Below are positions 26,881 through 39,056 of a stretch of 64,000 nucleotides of DNA, piece by piece. The notes below the pieces were generated by a model that was given only the letters and a program-made list of their open reading frames with translations, ran no database searches and had not been told where the DNA came from. The stretch is taken from the NCBI RefSeq assembly GCF_035594765.1, contig NC_085842.1, positions 10,043,256 to 10,107,255 on the forward strand. The letters are read 5' to 3'. Position 1 is the first letter of the stretch. Each line of letters starts with the position of its first letter. Made by a program: the position numbers and the translations under genes. This DNA is from Anolis carolinensis. Lineage: Eukaryota.

Positions 26881-28449
26881 TACTCCACGTGTTACTGCAT
26901 TACTCCCAGTTTTTAATCTCTCTTATCTTGACATCCATTGCTTAAACTACTAAAAAGAATCCCCCCAAAAGTTGATCAGTCTTCTATATTATTGTCCATT
27001 ATTTTTAAACCTCATCATCCTGCCTTTCTTCTTCGGTCATCTTCTTGTATTTGATCTTGGTTCAATTGCTTGTCTTTTCTTTTCAGTATTTATACCCCGC
27101 CCTTCTCGCCCCGAAGGGGACTCAGAGCGGCTTACAGAACACGCATACGGCAAACATTCAGTGCCTGATTCTACAATTAACAAGGACAGACAACGCAGAC
27201 ACAGGTAAAAACAACTTTTCCCATCTTATTTTCGGCATCTTGGAGGCTGTGCTCAACACTGGACATGGGGGAGGGGGTTCTGTCACTTCATCTTCCATGT
27301 TGAGGAGCTTCTTCCCGATCAATGTCCTTAAGGACATCTTTATTACCTCCCCACTGAAAGCAGTACCTATTTATCTACTCACACTTCTCCTTTCGTCCTG
27401 CTTGGTGGGCAGGTGAGCTGTGGCTATTTAAAATTGAAATAGACTGAACACATACCAATTCCAATTAACAAGTTAAAAGATGACACGATGTAACAAGTGA
27501 CACAAGGTAAATGACAATATAACAAAATTTGAAAAATGTTCTGCTCCTGGTTTGAAAGTATTGTTTCCTGTTTTATTGTGCATTCCTTACTTGTAAAGGA
27601 GTTGCTCTACTCCGAAAACTTGGTTTTGTGGCTGCCACAAAGGAGTGAGAATTGAATTGGTTGAGACCTGGTGATGAGGAATTTATTGAAAAACCAGAGC
27701 AAAATGTGCTACAGCAGGATGTCCCTCCCGCAGAAACCAAGTTTTTGGGTTTGAGAAACTTTTCCCATGTTTTTGTGATGGAATCCATTAGGAAATGGCA
27801 TTTCTTAAGTTCTTCTTGATTGTTCCTGGCAACTTGCTCCTTTTTAAAGAAAACTGTGGTTTCGTTGTATTTATTACCAAATGAATTTTAGAAGATTATT
27901 AGTCAAATCTGTTTGTTAGTAAGTTAGTGTTATACGTACACGAATTAATAGATACCATTATCCTTCACCCCCCTTTCCCGCTACACAGCCTTTCTATGAA
28001 CTAATGTCTCTTACATGAGGGGTTTGTCCATACTATTTAAAACAGATATAAAACAATCATCTGTTAAAGCACCACATTTGAAAATCTCATTCTTCTTGAT
28101 CTCTTGTTCAGCCCATTTTTTCTTTTTTTATCTTCCGATCAGCGTTTTTAGTTCCAACTACTCATCGTTTTTTGGACTTCTCCTTTCTTTAATATCTGCT
28201 TTCACTACGTCCTGCTTTCACCATTCAAGAATATAATCTCGCTCATTCTTGTTTAAAGGCATTGTGGTCTCTTTCTTGGCCTTTGTTTCCTGTGTGGCAT
28301 TCAGCATTTGCTTCAGAGGTCTGAACAACCTGTGTCTCCTTGTATACTCCAGCTCTTTTTGAAGAGATTTGGTTTGGCCTCTTCTTCTGGCCCCAGATCT
28401 CTTCTGTGGTATCTTCCAACTAAATTGGAGGCTTCTCTTGTTCCAGCTA

Positions 28450-28975
28450 TAATAATAATAATAAACAACTTTATTTTTATATCCCGCCCCATCTCCCCGA
28501 AGGGACTCGGGGTGGCTCACAACAGGAACAAGCCCGAAACAACAACACAACATATTTGACAGAAACTTAAAACATTCCAACGATACACAAAATAAAATAT
28601 GGACAATACATTAAAATCCAAGCAGATAAAATCAGAGTAATTAAAAGCAAACCAGTGGGGACAGGTTTCATAAAGTGCTGTATCATGGAAATAAGTAACC
28701 GCGATAAAGTGCCATACGCTTTTAAAACATAAAGAAGTATTCTAATAACCGCTCTATTGGGCCTATTTATTCAAATGCGCTCCGGAACAACCATGTTTTC
28801 AATTCCCGGCGGAAAATGGGCAGGGAAGGAGCTAACCTGATCTCCTTAGGGAGAGAGTTCCAGAGCCGGGATGGGGGCCACTGCCGAGAAGGCCCTCTCT
28901 CTCCCTCGTCCCCACCAGCCGCATTTGAGACAAAGGCGGGGGCGAGAGGAGCGCCTCCCCGGATGATCTTAGGGG
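28450..28975 (-). mobile_element. L2 3' end; followed by a CR1 3' end (28982-29140, + strand) and further L2 pieces
   Basis: RLWNSLPKEIRLAPSLPIFRRELKTWLF; CR1 octamer tail attctatgattctatgattc. Confidence 0.85.
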
Positions 28976-29212
28976 GTCCCCGGACTGTGGTAGAGGTTCC
29001 TTCTTTGGAGGCTTTTAAGCAGAGGCTGGATGGCCATCTGTCGGGGTGCTTTGAATGAGATTTCCTGCTTCTTAGCGGGAGGTTGGACTGGATGGCCCAT
29101 GAGGTCTCTTCCAACTCTATTATTCTATGATTCTATGATTCGCGTTGGTTCGTAGGAGAGGAAGCGATCACGTAGATAGGCAGGTCCTGAACCGTTTAAG
29201 GCTTTATAGGTA

Positions 29213-29690
29213 ACTAGCTGTGCCCGGCCATGCGTTGCTGTGGCAAAGTGGTGGTGGTGTTGGTTAAGATTTGTTGTGTAATTTTTATTTGACGTTATTT
29301 GTATTTTTTAATTAATTTTATTGTAAGTTATCTTTTTATTTTTTATATTTTATTATTTTCTTGTATAATTTTTAGTTATTTTTTGTTATTATGGTATTTT
29401 ATTATATTAATTTTTTAGTGTTTTTAATTATTTTTTTAATGTTTTTTATTATTTTTTATTGGGTTGCTAGGAGACCAAGTTGGAGGAGCTTAGCCTTCTA
29501 ACGGGCAGCAATTGGATAAAAGCAATTATTCCTCTCTCTCTAATTAGGACTTTATTTTTCTTTTCTTTTTGTTGTATCAACCTAGAGGCGTGGATGATGG
29601 GTTGTGTCGTCAAATTTCGAGGTTGGGGGGCCTGTAGTTTTGTTGTTTTGTGGGTCGCCGTGATGCCATTACTCTTTTATATATATAGAT
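29213..29690. mobile_element. AT-rich non-autonomous DNA element (possibly Helitron/Helentron-associated) inserted in an L2 fragment
   Basis: Begins actagctgtgcccggcca, ends cttttatatatatagat; L2 sequence ggctttataggta|...|aacctgcacc resumes across it. Confidence 0.55.
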
Positions 29691-30467
29691 AACCTGCACC
29701 TTTAATTTGGCCCAGAAACTTTTGGAAACTTTTTCAGTTTCAATTGTCCTTCTTTGGGGGCCACTAGAGAATTCTTCATGATAGTATTCACTTGATCTAG
29801 CTTGTTGTTGGCACTATCGATTAATCCATTCAAAATTTCCACTGGTTTCATAACTTCTGTATGTTTAGCCAATATCTTATTATGTTGTTTTCCTTTCTCC
29901 ATTTTAGGAGTTTTCAACTGAACATTGGATTTGTTATGTAACCACTTTCATCCAATAGATGTCATATTGTGATAAGTTTTCAAATAAATGTCTTTTCTAA
30001 ACAAGCTCCTCTATTTGGCAATGCTTCAGGAAGATGTTTTGACTTCTGTTCAATTCAAGGTCTCACTGAAAAATCTTCCTTATTTCCTTTCTCTTTTCTC
30101 TCTAATCCAGAACATTACAAATCACGATTGCATTGGGACTGTACCTATTTCGTCACAAGAAGAACTTCACTTTATCTTCGATTTCAAAATTTGAGCTTCC
30201 CCATTCATTCTTGTTTCTCCTCTTTCTTCCTTTTCTGTTTTCAGAGTTACCTCTTTGTCTTTGTCTATAACAGATTTCATATGCAATAGGGTAACAGTGT
30301 AAATCAATGTTTCTCAACCAGGGAGTCGGGACCCCTGGGTAGCTCACGAGGGGGATGTCAGAGGTGTTGTCAAAGACCATCAGAAAACACATATTTCTGA
30401 TGGTCTTAGGAACCCCTTTGGCAGTCCTTGTGAATGTGATCAACAAATTCTCTGGTTAATTGGGGGA

Positions 30468-32147
30468 CTATTTATTTATTTATTTATTTATTTATTTTAT
30501 CAGACTTGTATACCGCTACTCCCAGTTTGGCTCAGAGCGGTTTAAATTAAATTAAATAAATTAAAACAATACACTTAGCTTTAAAATAACAATAAAAACA
30601 GACATAGCCCCATGTTTTTCACCCATCGAAAGCTTGTCGGAAGAGCAAGGTTTTGCAGGCTTTCCAAAAGGCAAGTAGGCCTCGGATAGTTCGAGTTTCA
30701 ACTGGCAAGGCATTCTATAAATGAGGGGCTACAATCGAGAAGGCTCTCTGCCTAGTAGAAGACAAATGATAAGTCCGTATGTTAGGGACTTCAAGCAAAT
30801 TTTGGTCTTTGGACCGAAGTAATCTCTGGGGTTGGTAGGGGGATAAGCGGGCCCTCAGGTACGCCGGCCCCAAACCATGTAAGGCCTTAAAGGTTAGTAC
30901 CAGTATCTTGAAAGTAATCCGGTACTCAATTGGTAGCCAGTGCAGCTGTTGTAGGATTGGGGTGATACGCCACCTCGCCGGCACCCCGGTGAGAAGACGG
31001 AGCCGCCGCGTTTTGCACCAGCTTTAGTTTCCGGATCACTGACAGAGGAAGGCCAATGTAGAGGGCGTTACAGTAGCCGAGCCTCAAGATGACCGTCGCC
31101 TGGACAACCGTAGCCAGGTCGTTCCTAGAAAGGTAGGGAGCCAGTCGCCTAGCCTGACGTAGATGGAAAAACGCAGATCTGCTCACAGCAGAGACCTGGG
31201 CCTCCATTGTGAGCAGAGGGTCCAATAAGACACCAAGACTTTTTACAGAAGATGACGGACGCAGTGTCTCGCCATCCAGGGTAGGCAGCTGCATCTCCCC
31301 CCCACCCGGACGGCCCAGCCAAAGGATCTCCGTCTTCGCTGGATTCACCCTCAACCTACTGGCACGCAATCATCCAGTAACGGCCTCAAGGCACTGATGG
31401 AAACTATCGGGTACGGAGTCCGGCTGGCCCTCCATCCTCAGAATGAGCTGAGTGTCATCAGCGTACTGGTGGCACTCCAGCCCAAACCTCCGCACCAGTC
31501 AGGCAAGCGGTCGCATATAGATGTTAAATAATAGAGGAGAGAGAATAGCTCCCTGTGGGACCCCACAAGATAGTGGAGACCACGCGGAAACCATCCCTCC
31601 CCTCACCACCCGCTGTCCCTGATTCTGGAGGAAGGAGGACACCCATTTAAGGGGTATCCCCCTAACCCCCGTCATGGCTAGGCAGTGGGTCAATAGATTG
31701 TGATCGACCGTATCAAATGCTGCTGTGAGATCCAATAACACGAGCAGCGCTGATCCGCCTTGATCCCTTTGGCAGCGAAGCTGATCTGTGATGGCAACTA
31801 GCACAGTCTCCGTCCCGTGCCCCCTACGGAAGCCGGACTGGAAGGGATCAAGTCCGGCTGTGTCATTGAGGAACTGCTGCAACTGTTCCGCTGCTGCCCT
31901 CTCAACCACCTTGCCCAGAAACGGAAGATTCGAGACTGGGCGGTAGCTAGCGGGAACCGAACGATCCCAGTCTGGTTTCTTCAGCAGCGGAGATACCATC
32001 GCCTCTTTTAAACCCTCTGGAAAAACTCCTTGCTCAAGGGAGCTATTTATTATATTCAACAGAGGTTCACGTAATCCCTCCAGGCAAGATCTTACTAGCC
32101 AGGAGGGACACGGATCGAGGGAGCAGGTGGTCGGCCTAGTTGCAGTC
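30468..32147 (-). mobile_element. L2 LINE, paralog of 6988-8597, with stop and frameshift
   Basis: ORFs 31499-32233, 30926-31369, 30715-30984. Confidence 0.92.
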
Positions 32148-33379
32148 ATCTGGTGGCACAAGCTATACCTGGTACTACCCAGATGACGGTCAGAAGCATC
32201 ATCTTTAGCACATAATTTTAGTTCGAGCCACAATATTGTCTCCTGTGCAAAAGCAAACTTTTACCTTTATTTTTCCTTCATTTACAATGTAATGTCTTCC
32301 TGTCCTTGTTGCCTTTCTATGAATCCGCTGCAGTTTGCCAATGTCCTTTCTAAAATGGACTGAACTGAGCAGAACTGGGCAGGAATCATGTCTCCCACCC
32401 AAGGGTGCTGTTGGAGTGCAGAAGGATCTGGAGGGCAGCAGGATTCCCACTCACCCTGGGGGTCTATCCATCTGTCTCCTCTATACCGCCTTCTCTCATG
32501 TACTGCTGCTAGGCTGAGTGCCTTGGCTCTGGCTGAAGTTACATACCTTTGTGGTATAGGTTTTGTAAGAATGCAGTATGTCAAGGAACTTTGTGGCCTA
32601 ATGTGCTCTCAGTGTCTCCAGGCGCCTTGCTTTAGAAACGTGGGGCAGGGATCACGCTGCAGGGAAAGAGAGGATCAGGAAAATATCTCTCCCCCAAGTT
32701 GGAGGAAGTATTTTTCTCCCAAGACTGATCACTTGGGATAGTCTGTCCATACAGATGGCCACTCAGGTTTTGAGTGGAGATGTGAAGAAGCGGGATCTAG
32801 GTAGGAAATGCTTTGCATCGTTAGCCCCTTTCCGTGTTGACCATATTATTAGAGGCCTTCCTTTACCAAGGTTGGATTAGACACAGGATCTTAGGCCGCT
32901 ATCCCCTTTGCAGGGATTGTTCTTTGTTGGGCAAGTGTTAAAGTGCTTCTCAGCAGGCAACGGGCTCTTACCAGTTGGGCCAGTCTTTCTCCCCTCTTCC
33001 CCTGTGATTGCTACAGCACTAGGCTATTGTTCTTCATGTTCAATGAGATCTTTCTGTACTCTGCTCCTAATAAGATTTTACTCTTATTCATCTCGCAGGT
33101 AACCTCTAAACGAACCTTATGAAGAAAACATTGCCGTTTGCCTTACGTCTGAAAGGAAAGTACGCAGGATTAACAAGAACAAGAAATGAATTGGAGAAAT
33201 TATATTTCAAGCTACATACCTTTAAATGTAAGGAAAGGGAGGATTGTGCTGTAAAAAGAGGGGTTGGTAAAGAGAAAATAAGGCTACAGCGATACAGAGA
33301 CTGGGAAGAGGAAATGTCCTATTCAGGAGTCCATATCTGTGAACTTCAGGCATAATATTAGAATAATAAATGTTAAAAA

Positions 33380-35194
33380 ATGGAAAATTCATTGTCAAAA
33401 TCACACACAGGGGAGAAGCGACATAATTGCAAGGACTGTGGGAAATGTTTCATTGAGAGAAGTTCTCTTGCTAAACATCAACGAACTCACACAGGAGAGA
33501 AGCCATATAAATGTGTGGAATGTGGAAAGAGCTTCAGTCAGAGTGGAAATCTACACACCCATCAGAGGACCCACACAAGGGAGAAGCCACATACATGCAT
33601 GGAATGTGGAAAGAGATTCAGTGAGAGTGGAAATCTATGCACCCATCAAAGGACTCACACAAGGGAGAAGCCACATACATGCATGGAATGTGGAAAGAGC
33701 TTCAGTCAGAGTGGAGATCTACGCACCCATCAAAGGACTCACACAGGAGAGAAGCCACATATATGCATGGAATGTGGAAAGAGCTTCAGTCAGAGTGGAC
33801 ATCTGCGTATCCATCAAAGGACTCACACAGGGGAGAAGCCATATAAATGCATGGAATGTGGAAAGAGCTTCAGTCGGAGTGACAGTCTACGTTCCCATCA
33901 AAGGATCCACACAGGGGAGAAGCCACATACATGCATGGAATGTGGAAAGAGCTTCAGTGAGAGTGGACATCTGCGTATCCATCAAAGGACTCACACAGGG
34001 GAGAAGCCATATAAATGCATGGAATGTGGAAAGAGCTTCAGTCGGAGTGACAGTCTACGTTCCCATCAAAGGATCCACACAGAGGAGAAGCCACATACAT
34101 GCATGGAATGTGGAAAGAGCTTCAGTCAGAGTGGAGATCTACGCACCCATCAAAGGACACACACAGGGGAGAAGCCACATACATGCATGGAATGTGGAAA
34201 GAGCTTCAGTGAGAGTGGACATCTGCGTATCCATCAAAGGACTCACACAGGGGAGAAGCCATATAAATGCTTGGAATGTGGAAAGAGCTTCAGTCGGAGT
34301 GACTATCTACGTTCCCATCAAAGGATCCACACAGGGGAGAAGCCACATACATGCATGGAATGTGGAAAGAGCTTCAGTCAAAGTGGAGATCTACGTACCC
34401 ATCAATGGACTCACACAGGGGAGAAGCCACATACATGCATGGAATGTGGAAAGAGCTTCAGTGAGAGTGGACATCTGCGTATCCATCAAAGGACTCACAC
34501 AGGGGAGAAGCCATATAAATGCATGGAATGTGGAAAGAGCTTCAGTCAGAGTGGACATCTGCGTATCCATCAAAAGATGCACACAGGAGAGAAGCCACAT
34601 ACATGCATGGAATGTGCAAAGAGCTTCAGTCGGAGTGACAGTCTACGCACCCATCAAAGGATCCACACAGGGGAGAAGCCACATACATGCATGGAATGTG
34701 GAAAGAGATTCAGTCAGAGTGGACATCTGCGTATCCATCAAAGGACTCACACAGGAGAGAAGCCACATACATGCAGGGAATGTGGAAAGAGCTTCAGTGA
34801 TAGTGGACATCTGCGTATCCATCAAAGGACTCACACAGGGGAGAAGCCACATACATGCAGGGAATGTGGAAAGAGCTTCAGTGATAGTGGACATCTGCGT
34901 ATCCATCAAAGGATGCACACAGGAGAGAAGCCACATACATGCATGGAATGTGGAAAGAGCTTCAGTCAGAGTGGAAATCTACGCACCCATCAAAGGACTC
35001 ACACAGGGGAGAAGCCACATACATGCATGGAATGTGGAAAGAGCTTCAGTAACAGTTCGAATCTTCGTACCCATCAAAGGATGCACACAGGAGAGAGACC
35101 ACATAAATGCGTGGAATGTGGAAAGAGTTTCAGTGAGAGTGGACATCTGCGTATCCATCAAAGGATGCACACAGGAGAGAAGCCACATAAATAG
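33380..35194 (+). CDS. C2H2 ZNF type B, copy B2: 604 aa, 21 fingers, no effector domain in frame
   Basis: Open ORF from aaaATGg; 14 aa + 21x28 aa + 2 aa; acceptor ...catctcgcag|33099. Confidence 0.82.
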   Translation: MENSLSKSHTGEKRHNCKDCGKCFIERSSLAKHQRTHTGEKPYKCVECGKSFSQSGNLHTHQRTHTREKPHTCMECGKRFSESGNLCTHQRTHTREKPHTCMECGKSFSQSGDLRTHQRTHTGEKPHICMECGKSFSQSGHLRIHQRTHTGEKPYKCMECGKSFSRSDSLRSHQRIHTGEKPHTCMECGKSFSESGHLRIHQRTHTGEKPYKCMECGKSFSRSDSLRSHQRIHTEEKPHTCMECGKSFSQSGDLRTHQRTHTGEKPHTCMECGKSFSESGHLRIHQRTHTGEKPYKCLECGKSFSRSDYLRSHQRIHTGEKPHTCMECGKSFSQSGDLRTHQWTHTGEKPHTCMECGKSFSESGHLRIHQRTHTGEKPYKCMECGKSFSQSGHLRIHQKMHTGEKPHTCMECAKSFSRSDSLRTHQRIHTGEKPHTCMECGKRFSQSGHLRIHQRTHTGEKPHTCRECGKSFSDSGHLRIHQRTHTGEKPHTCRECGKSFSDSGHLRIHQRMHTGEKPHTCMECGKSFSQSGNLRTHQRTHTGEKPHTCMECGKSFSNSSNLRTHQRMHTGERPHKCVECGKSFSESGHLRIHQRMHTGEKPHK

Positions 35195-35719
35195 GACAAG
35201 TGCAAAGAAGCCAGAATGTTTGTCCAAAGAACTTCTAAGGACTATGACTTAAAATAGACATGAACAGGAAGTGGAAGGGGAAGAAATCACAAAATCATAT
35301 AACCATAGAGTTGGAAGAGACCTCATGGGTCATCTAGTCCAACCCCCTGCCAAGAAGCAGGAAATTCCATTCAAAGCACCCCGGACAGATGGCCATCCAG
35401 CCTCTGCTTAAAAGCCTCCAAAGAAGGTTCCACAGCTGAACTGCTCTCACAGTGAGGAACTTCTTCCTTATGTTCAGGTGGAATCCCCTTTCCTGTAGTT
35501 TGAAACTATTATTCTGCATCCTAGTTTGCAGAGCAGCAGAAAACAAGCTTGCTCCCTCCTCCTTATGGGATTTTGGCCTGCATAAATAGGGGCAGAGTGT
35601 CTAGATCCAGGGAAGTCATGCTCCCCCTCTATTCTGCCTTGGTCAGACCACTTTACCTGGAATCACACTGTGTCTAATTCTGGGCACTGCAATTGAAAGG
35701 AGACGTTGAAAAGCTGGAA

Positions 35720-37020
35720 GAAATAGAAGAGGCAAATGTAGTAGCATTGAGGAAAATAGTTTGAAAAAATTAATACACATCTATCTTGGTTTGGAAAGAC
35801 AGCAATACTAAAAATGAAAATGCTTCTGAGGATAAACTTTATACTTACATATACCTTATATTTATAATGCCATTTCAGATTATAGAAGAAGAGTTGAATA
35901 CATGATTTCTTTGCAACATTTCTACCCCACCTTTCTCCACCCCAAAGGAGACTCATTTGGACAAATGATAAATACTGTAATGGCAGTCAAAGAAATTGAC
36001 GAAACAAGTTACAGAACAGATCTCAAAAAGAAGAAGGATTAGCGCTTCCTCATATCAAAAAATATTATAAGGCAAACAGACTGAGATTGGTTATACAAGG
36101 AATGATGAAAAGGAGGATGTAGAATAGTTAATAATGGATTCAGGAAAAGTGGAAGAAGAAATTCGGAATAGGTTTTAAAATAGTTTATGAGGAAAAAAAT
36201 AAGGTAAACTGGGAACCCAATGTTGAGTAATGCATTAGAAATATGGAACAAATACAGGAGAAAGTTAATAGCAGATGGCTCAATAATAACCCCAATTATA
36301 ATGGAAAAGACATTTACAAAAAATAATATATATATGTGATGGATAAAAAATTAAGGGGAAAAACTTAGATAAAATAGGGGATTGGCTAAAGGTTGGAATG
36401 AAGAAAGAAAAGATCAGGAACATAAAAATTTGAAAGGAATATCCAGTAAAATTTCTAAAATATTAATTGAAAAAAAGAAAGGAAAAGTAAAGAATAACAC
36501 CTTCAAGAAGATTTGGAAAGAAAATATAGGAATGAAAATCAATGAAACAGAGGGGTTACAATTATGGGCACAAAGACACTTGAAAAATATATCCATATGT
36601 GTTAAAGAAAATTATTATTTAGTTGATATGGAAATGGTACCTCACACCCATAAGAATAGGAAATATAAATAAAAACTACTCAAACAATTGCTGGAGAGGA
36701 TGCCAAGAATCGGGAACATACATACATATGTGGTGGCAGTGTCAATATATAAATAATTTCTGGGGAAAAGTATTAAGAGAGATAGACACAATGAACATTC
36801 AAATAGAAAGAAGTCTTAGCATGGCTTTATTCTCATTATATAATAATAAACAGTTGGAAAAAGAGGACAAAGATGCGATAAAAAACGCATTAACAATTGC
36901 AAGACAGCTTATAGCAAGGAATTGGAAAAGGGAAATAAATATAGAGATAGAAGAATGGTATAAGGAAGTATGGAAACTGGGAAGAAATGATAGGTTGACG
37001 TGGAGAGGGATTTAGAAACA
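35720..37020 (+). mobile_element. decayed L1 ORF2, paralog of ~12000-13330; ~650 bp deleted at its 5' junction
   Basis: WYLTP...CWRGC...HMWWQC; junction aaagctggaag|aaatagaagagg. Confidence 0.88.
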
Positions 37021-39056
37021 AAGTGATTGTGATGATGTCTGGAGAAAATGTATTGGAAGAGGATTCAAAAAGAAAGACAGAATTACCTCCACAAGAGGGA
37101 ATGAAAAGGAATTTTGGACAGATGATAAATAAAAAAAGTGACTTGGGGGAGGGTAAGAAATCTGTATAAGCGTGAAAATAACAGTAGATGCCAAATGTTA
37201 ATGTATTGTAGATTGTACTGAATATAATGTGGCTGCTGTAAAAGGATGTACGATTTTTTAAAAATAATAATAAATGTATTTGTAATTTGTATAAATATGC
37301 ATTTGTTTTTGTTTCTTGTATTTGAATATAAATTATTTTTAAAAACAGATTATGATGTAGCAGCTATAAAAGCCAATGTGATTCCAGGCTGTCCCGATAG
37401 GAGGATTCTGTCTATATCCAAGGAAGTCACGGCCTCCTTTCTTCCGCTTTGGTCAGACTCACCTGGAATGACCCTGTCTCCAGGTCTCGGTCCCACAATT
37501 CAAGACGGATATTGACAGGTCAGAATATCTCCAGAGACGGGATGTAGAGAAGGGCGGAGAGAGACAGCTGGGTATGTTTCACTTGGAGGAAAGAAGGAAG
37601 GGCTTCTCCTTGGCAGGAAGGAAATGTTGGATCCCAAAAGGGTTGGCCGTGGTCAGGATGAGAGGTGGACGGAGAGGAAAGGCGTGTCCATGAGACCCCG
37701 TGTTGCCTCCTCCTGGAATGGACTCCTAGGACCCTAGAGCCGGAAGAGACCCCCAAGGGCCACCCCGTCCTGCCCCTGCCATGCAGGAAGGCACAATCAA
37801 AGCACTCCCGATAGATAGCCTCTGCAGAGAAGCCTCCAGAGAAGGACACTCCACCACACTCTGAGGCAGCCTAGGCCACTCTCCAACAGCCCTTACTCAT
37901 TCTTAATGTGTATCTTTGTATATTAAGAGAAGACCTGTAAATAGTTATAAGTAGTGAATAAATCAAGAATAAAACCTCCAAGGACTTTGGATGAAAGTCA
38001 GAACTCAAGAGTGTTTATTCAAAGAGACGAACTAGTTTACAAGGCCAGAGGCTGTGAAACTGTGACCAGGACTCTGCCGTGTTTTGGGGGTTGGAATCCA
38101 CTCCTTGCCTATGAGACAGTCTGTCCCATTGTATAGCTGGAGGAGGCCGTGAGAGGACTGAATTCACCTGCCTGTCTAGCAGGGGTCTTGTGTGTGTGTT
38201 TTACTCTGCTTCTCCTTTCCTTCCATCACTCATTAACACTGACTAGTTGTGCAGGCCTCACCTACACAACAGAAAGCATTTCCTGAAGGTCAGAGCTGTT
38301 CAGTAGTGGAGTCTGCTCCTATCGGGAGTCCATAAGAGTCTCCTTTGGAGGTTTTTAAGCTGAGATGGTATGACCATCTGTTGGGGGTGCTTTGGTGGTT
38401 TATTCCTGCATGGTCTGAAGATGATTAGCCCCTCAGCACACAACCCAAACTGACTGGGAGGAGGAGGAGGAGATGTGTGTTCTTTCGCCATGAAACCACT
38501 GATCCCGTGGGTCGTGGAGTCCAGCCCCATTCTCTCCAAGCAGCGTCACCAGCCAGACCATCCTCCGCAGGTCGCTCTCCAGCCCCTTTTTGGGGTCATC
38601 CAGAGAGAGGACTCCCTCCCCCCCACTTCTCTAGGGCCTTGCCTTCTTACCCAAATCAGAGATTCACAGAATAGTATATTTGGAAGAGACCACGAGGGCC
38701 ATCTAGTCCAACCCCCTTCTGCCAGGCAGGAAAAGCAGAATCCCTTGCCAGAATCCCCGCAGGGTTCAATACTGTCTCCCACGCTGTGTAACATCAACAT
38801 GAAGCCGTTGGGAGAGATCATCTGAAGTTTTGGAGTTCAATGTCATCTGTACGCAGAGGTCTTCCTTGTCAGTCGCAAGGCCAAACAGGGCACAGGGTCA
38901 CAGCCTGTGTTGGATGGGTTACCTGTCCAAACGTATCTCCCCTTATGAACCATCTCGGAGTCTAAGACCGTCTGGAGAGGCCCTGCTCTCAATCCCGCCC
39001 TCTTTGCTGGCATGATTGGCAGGGATGAGAGACAGGGCCTTCCTTCTCGGTAGTGG

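Noticed and set aside
33380-35194. PRDM9 ortholog
   Set aside because: Minisatellite-like array, but no PR/SET or SSXRD domain was seen in the window.
33339-35252. 637-aa alternative-frame ORF over B2 (also 9842-11044 and antisense 43529-44533)
   Set aside because: Shadow ORFs expected from 84-bp repeats lacking stops in that frame; no independent coding signal.
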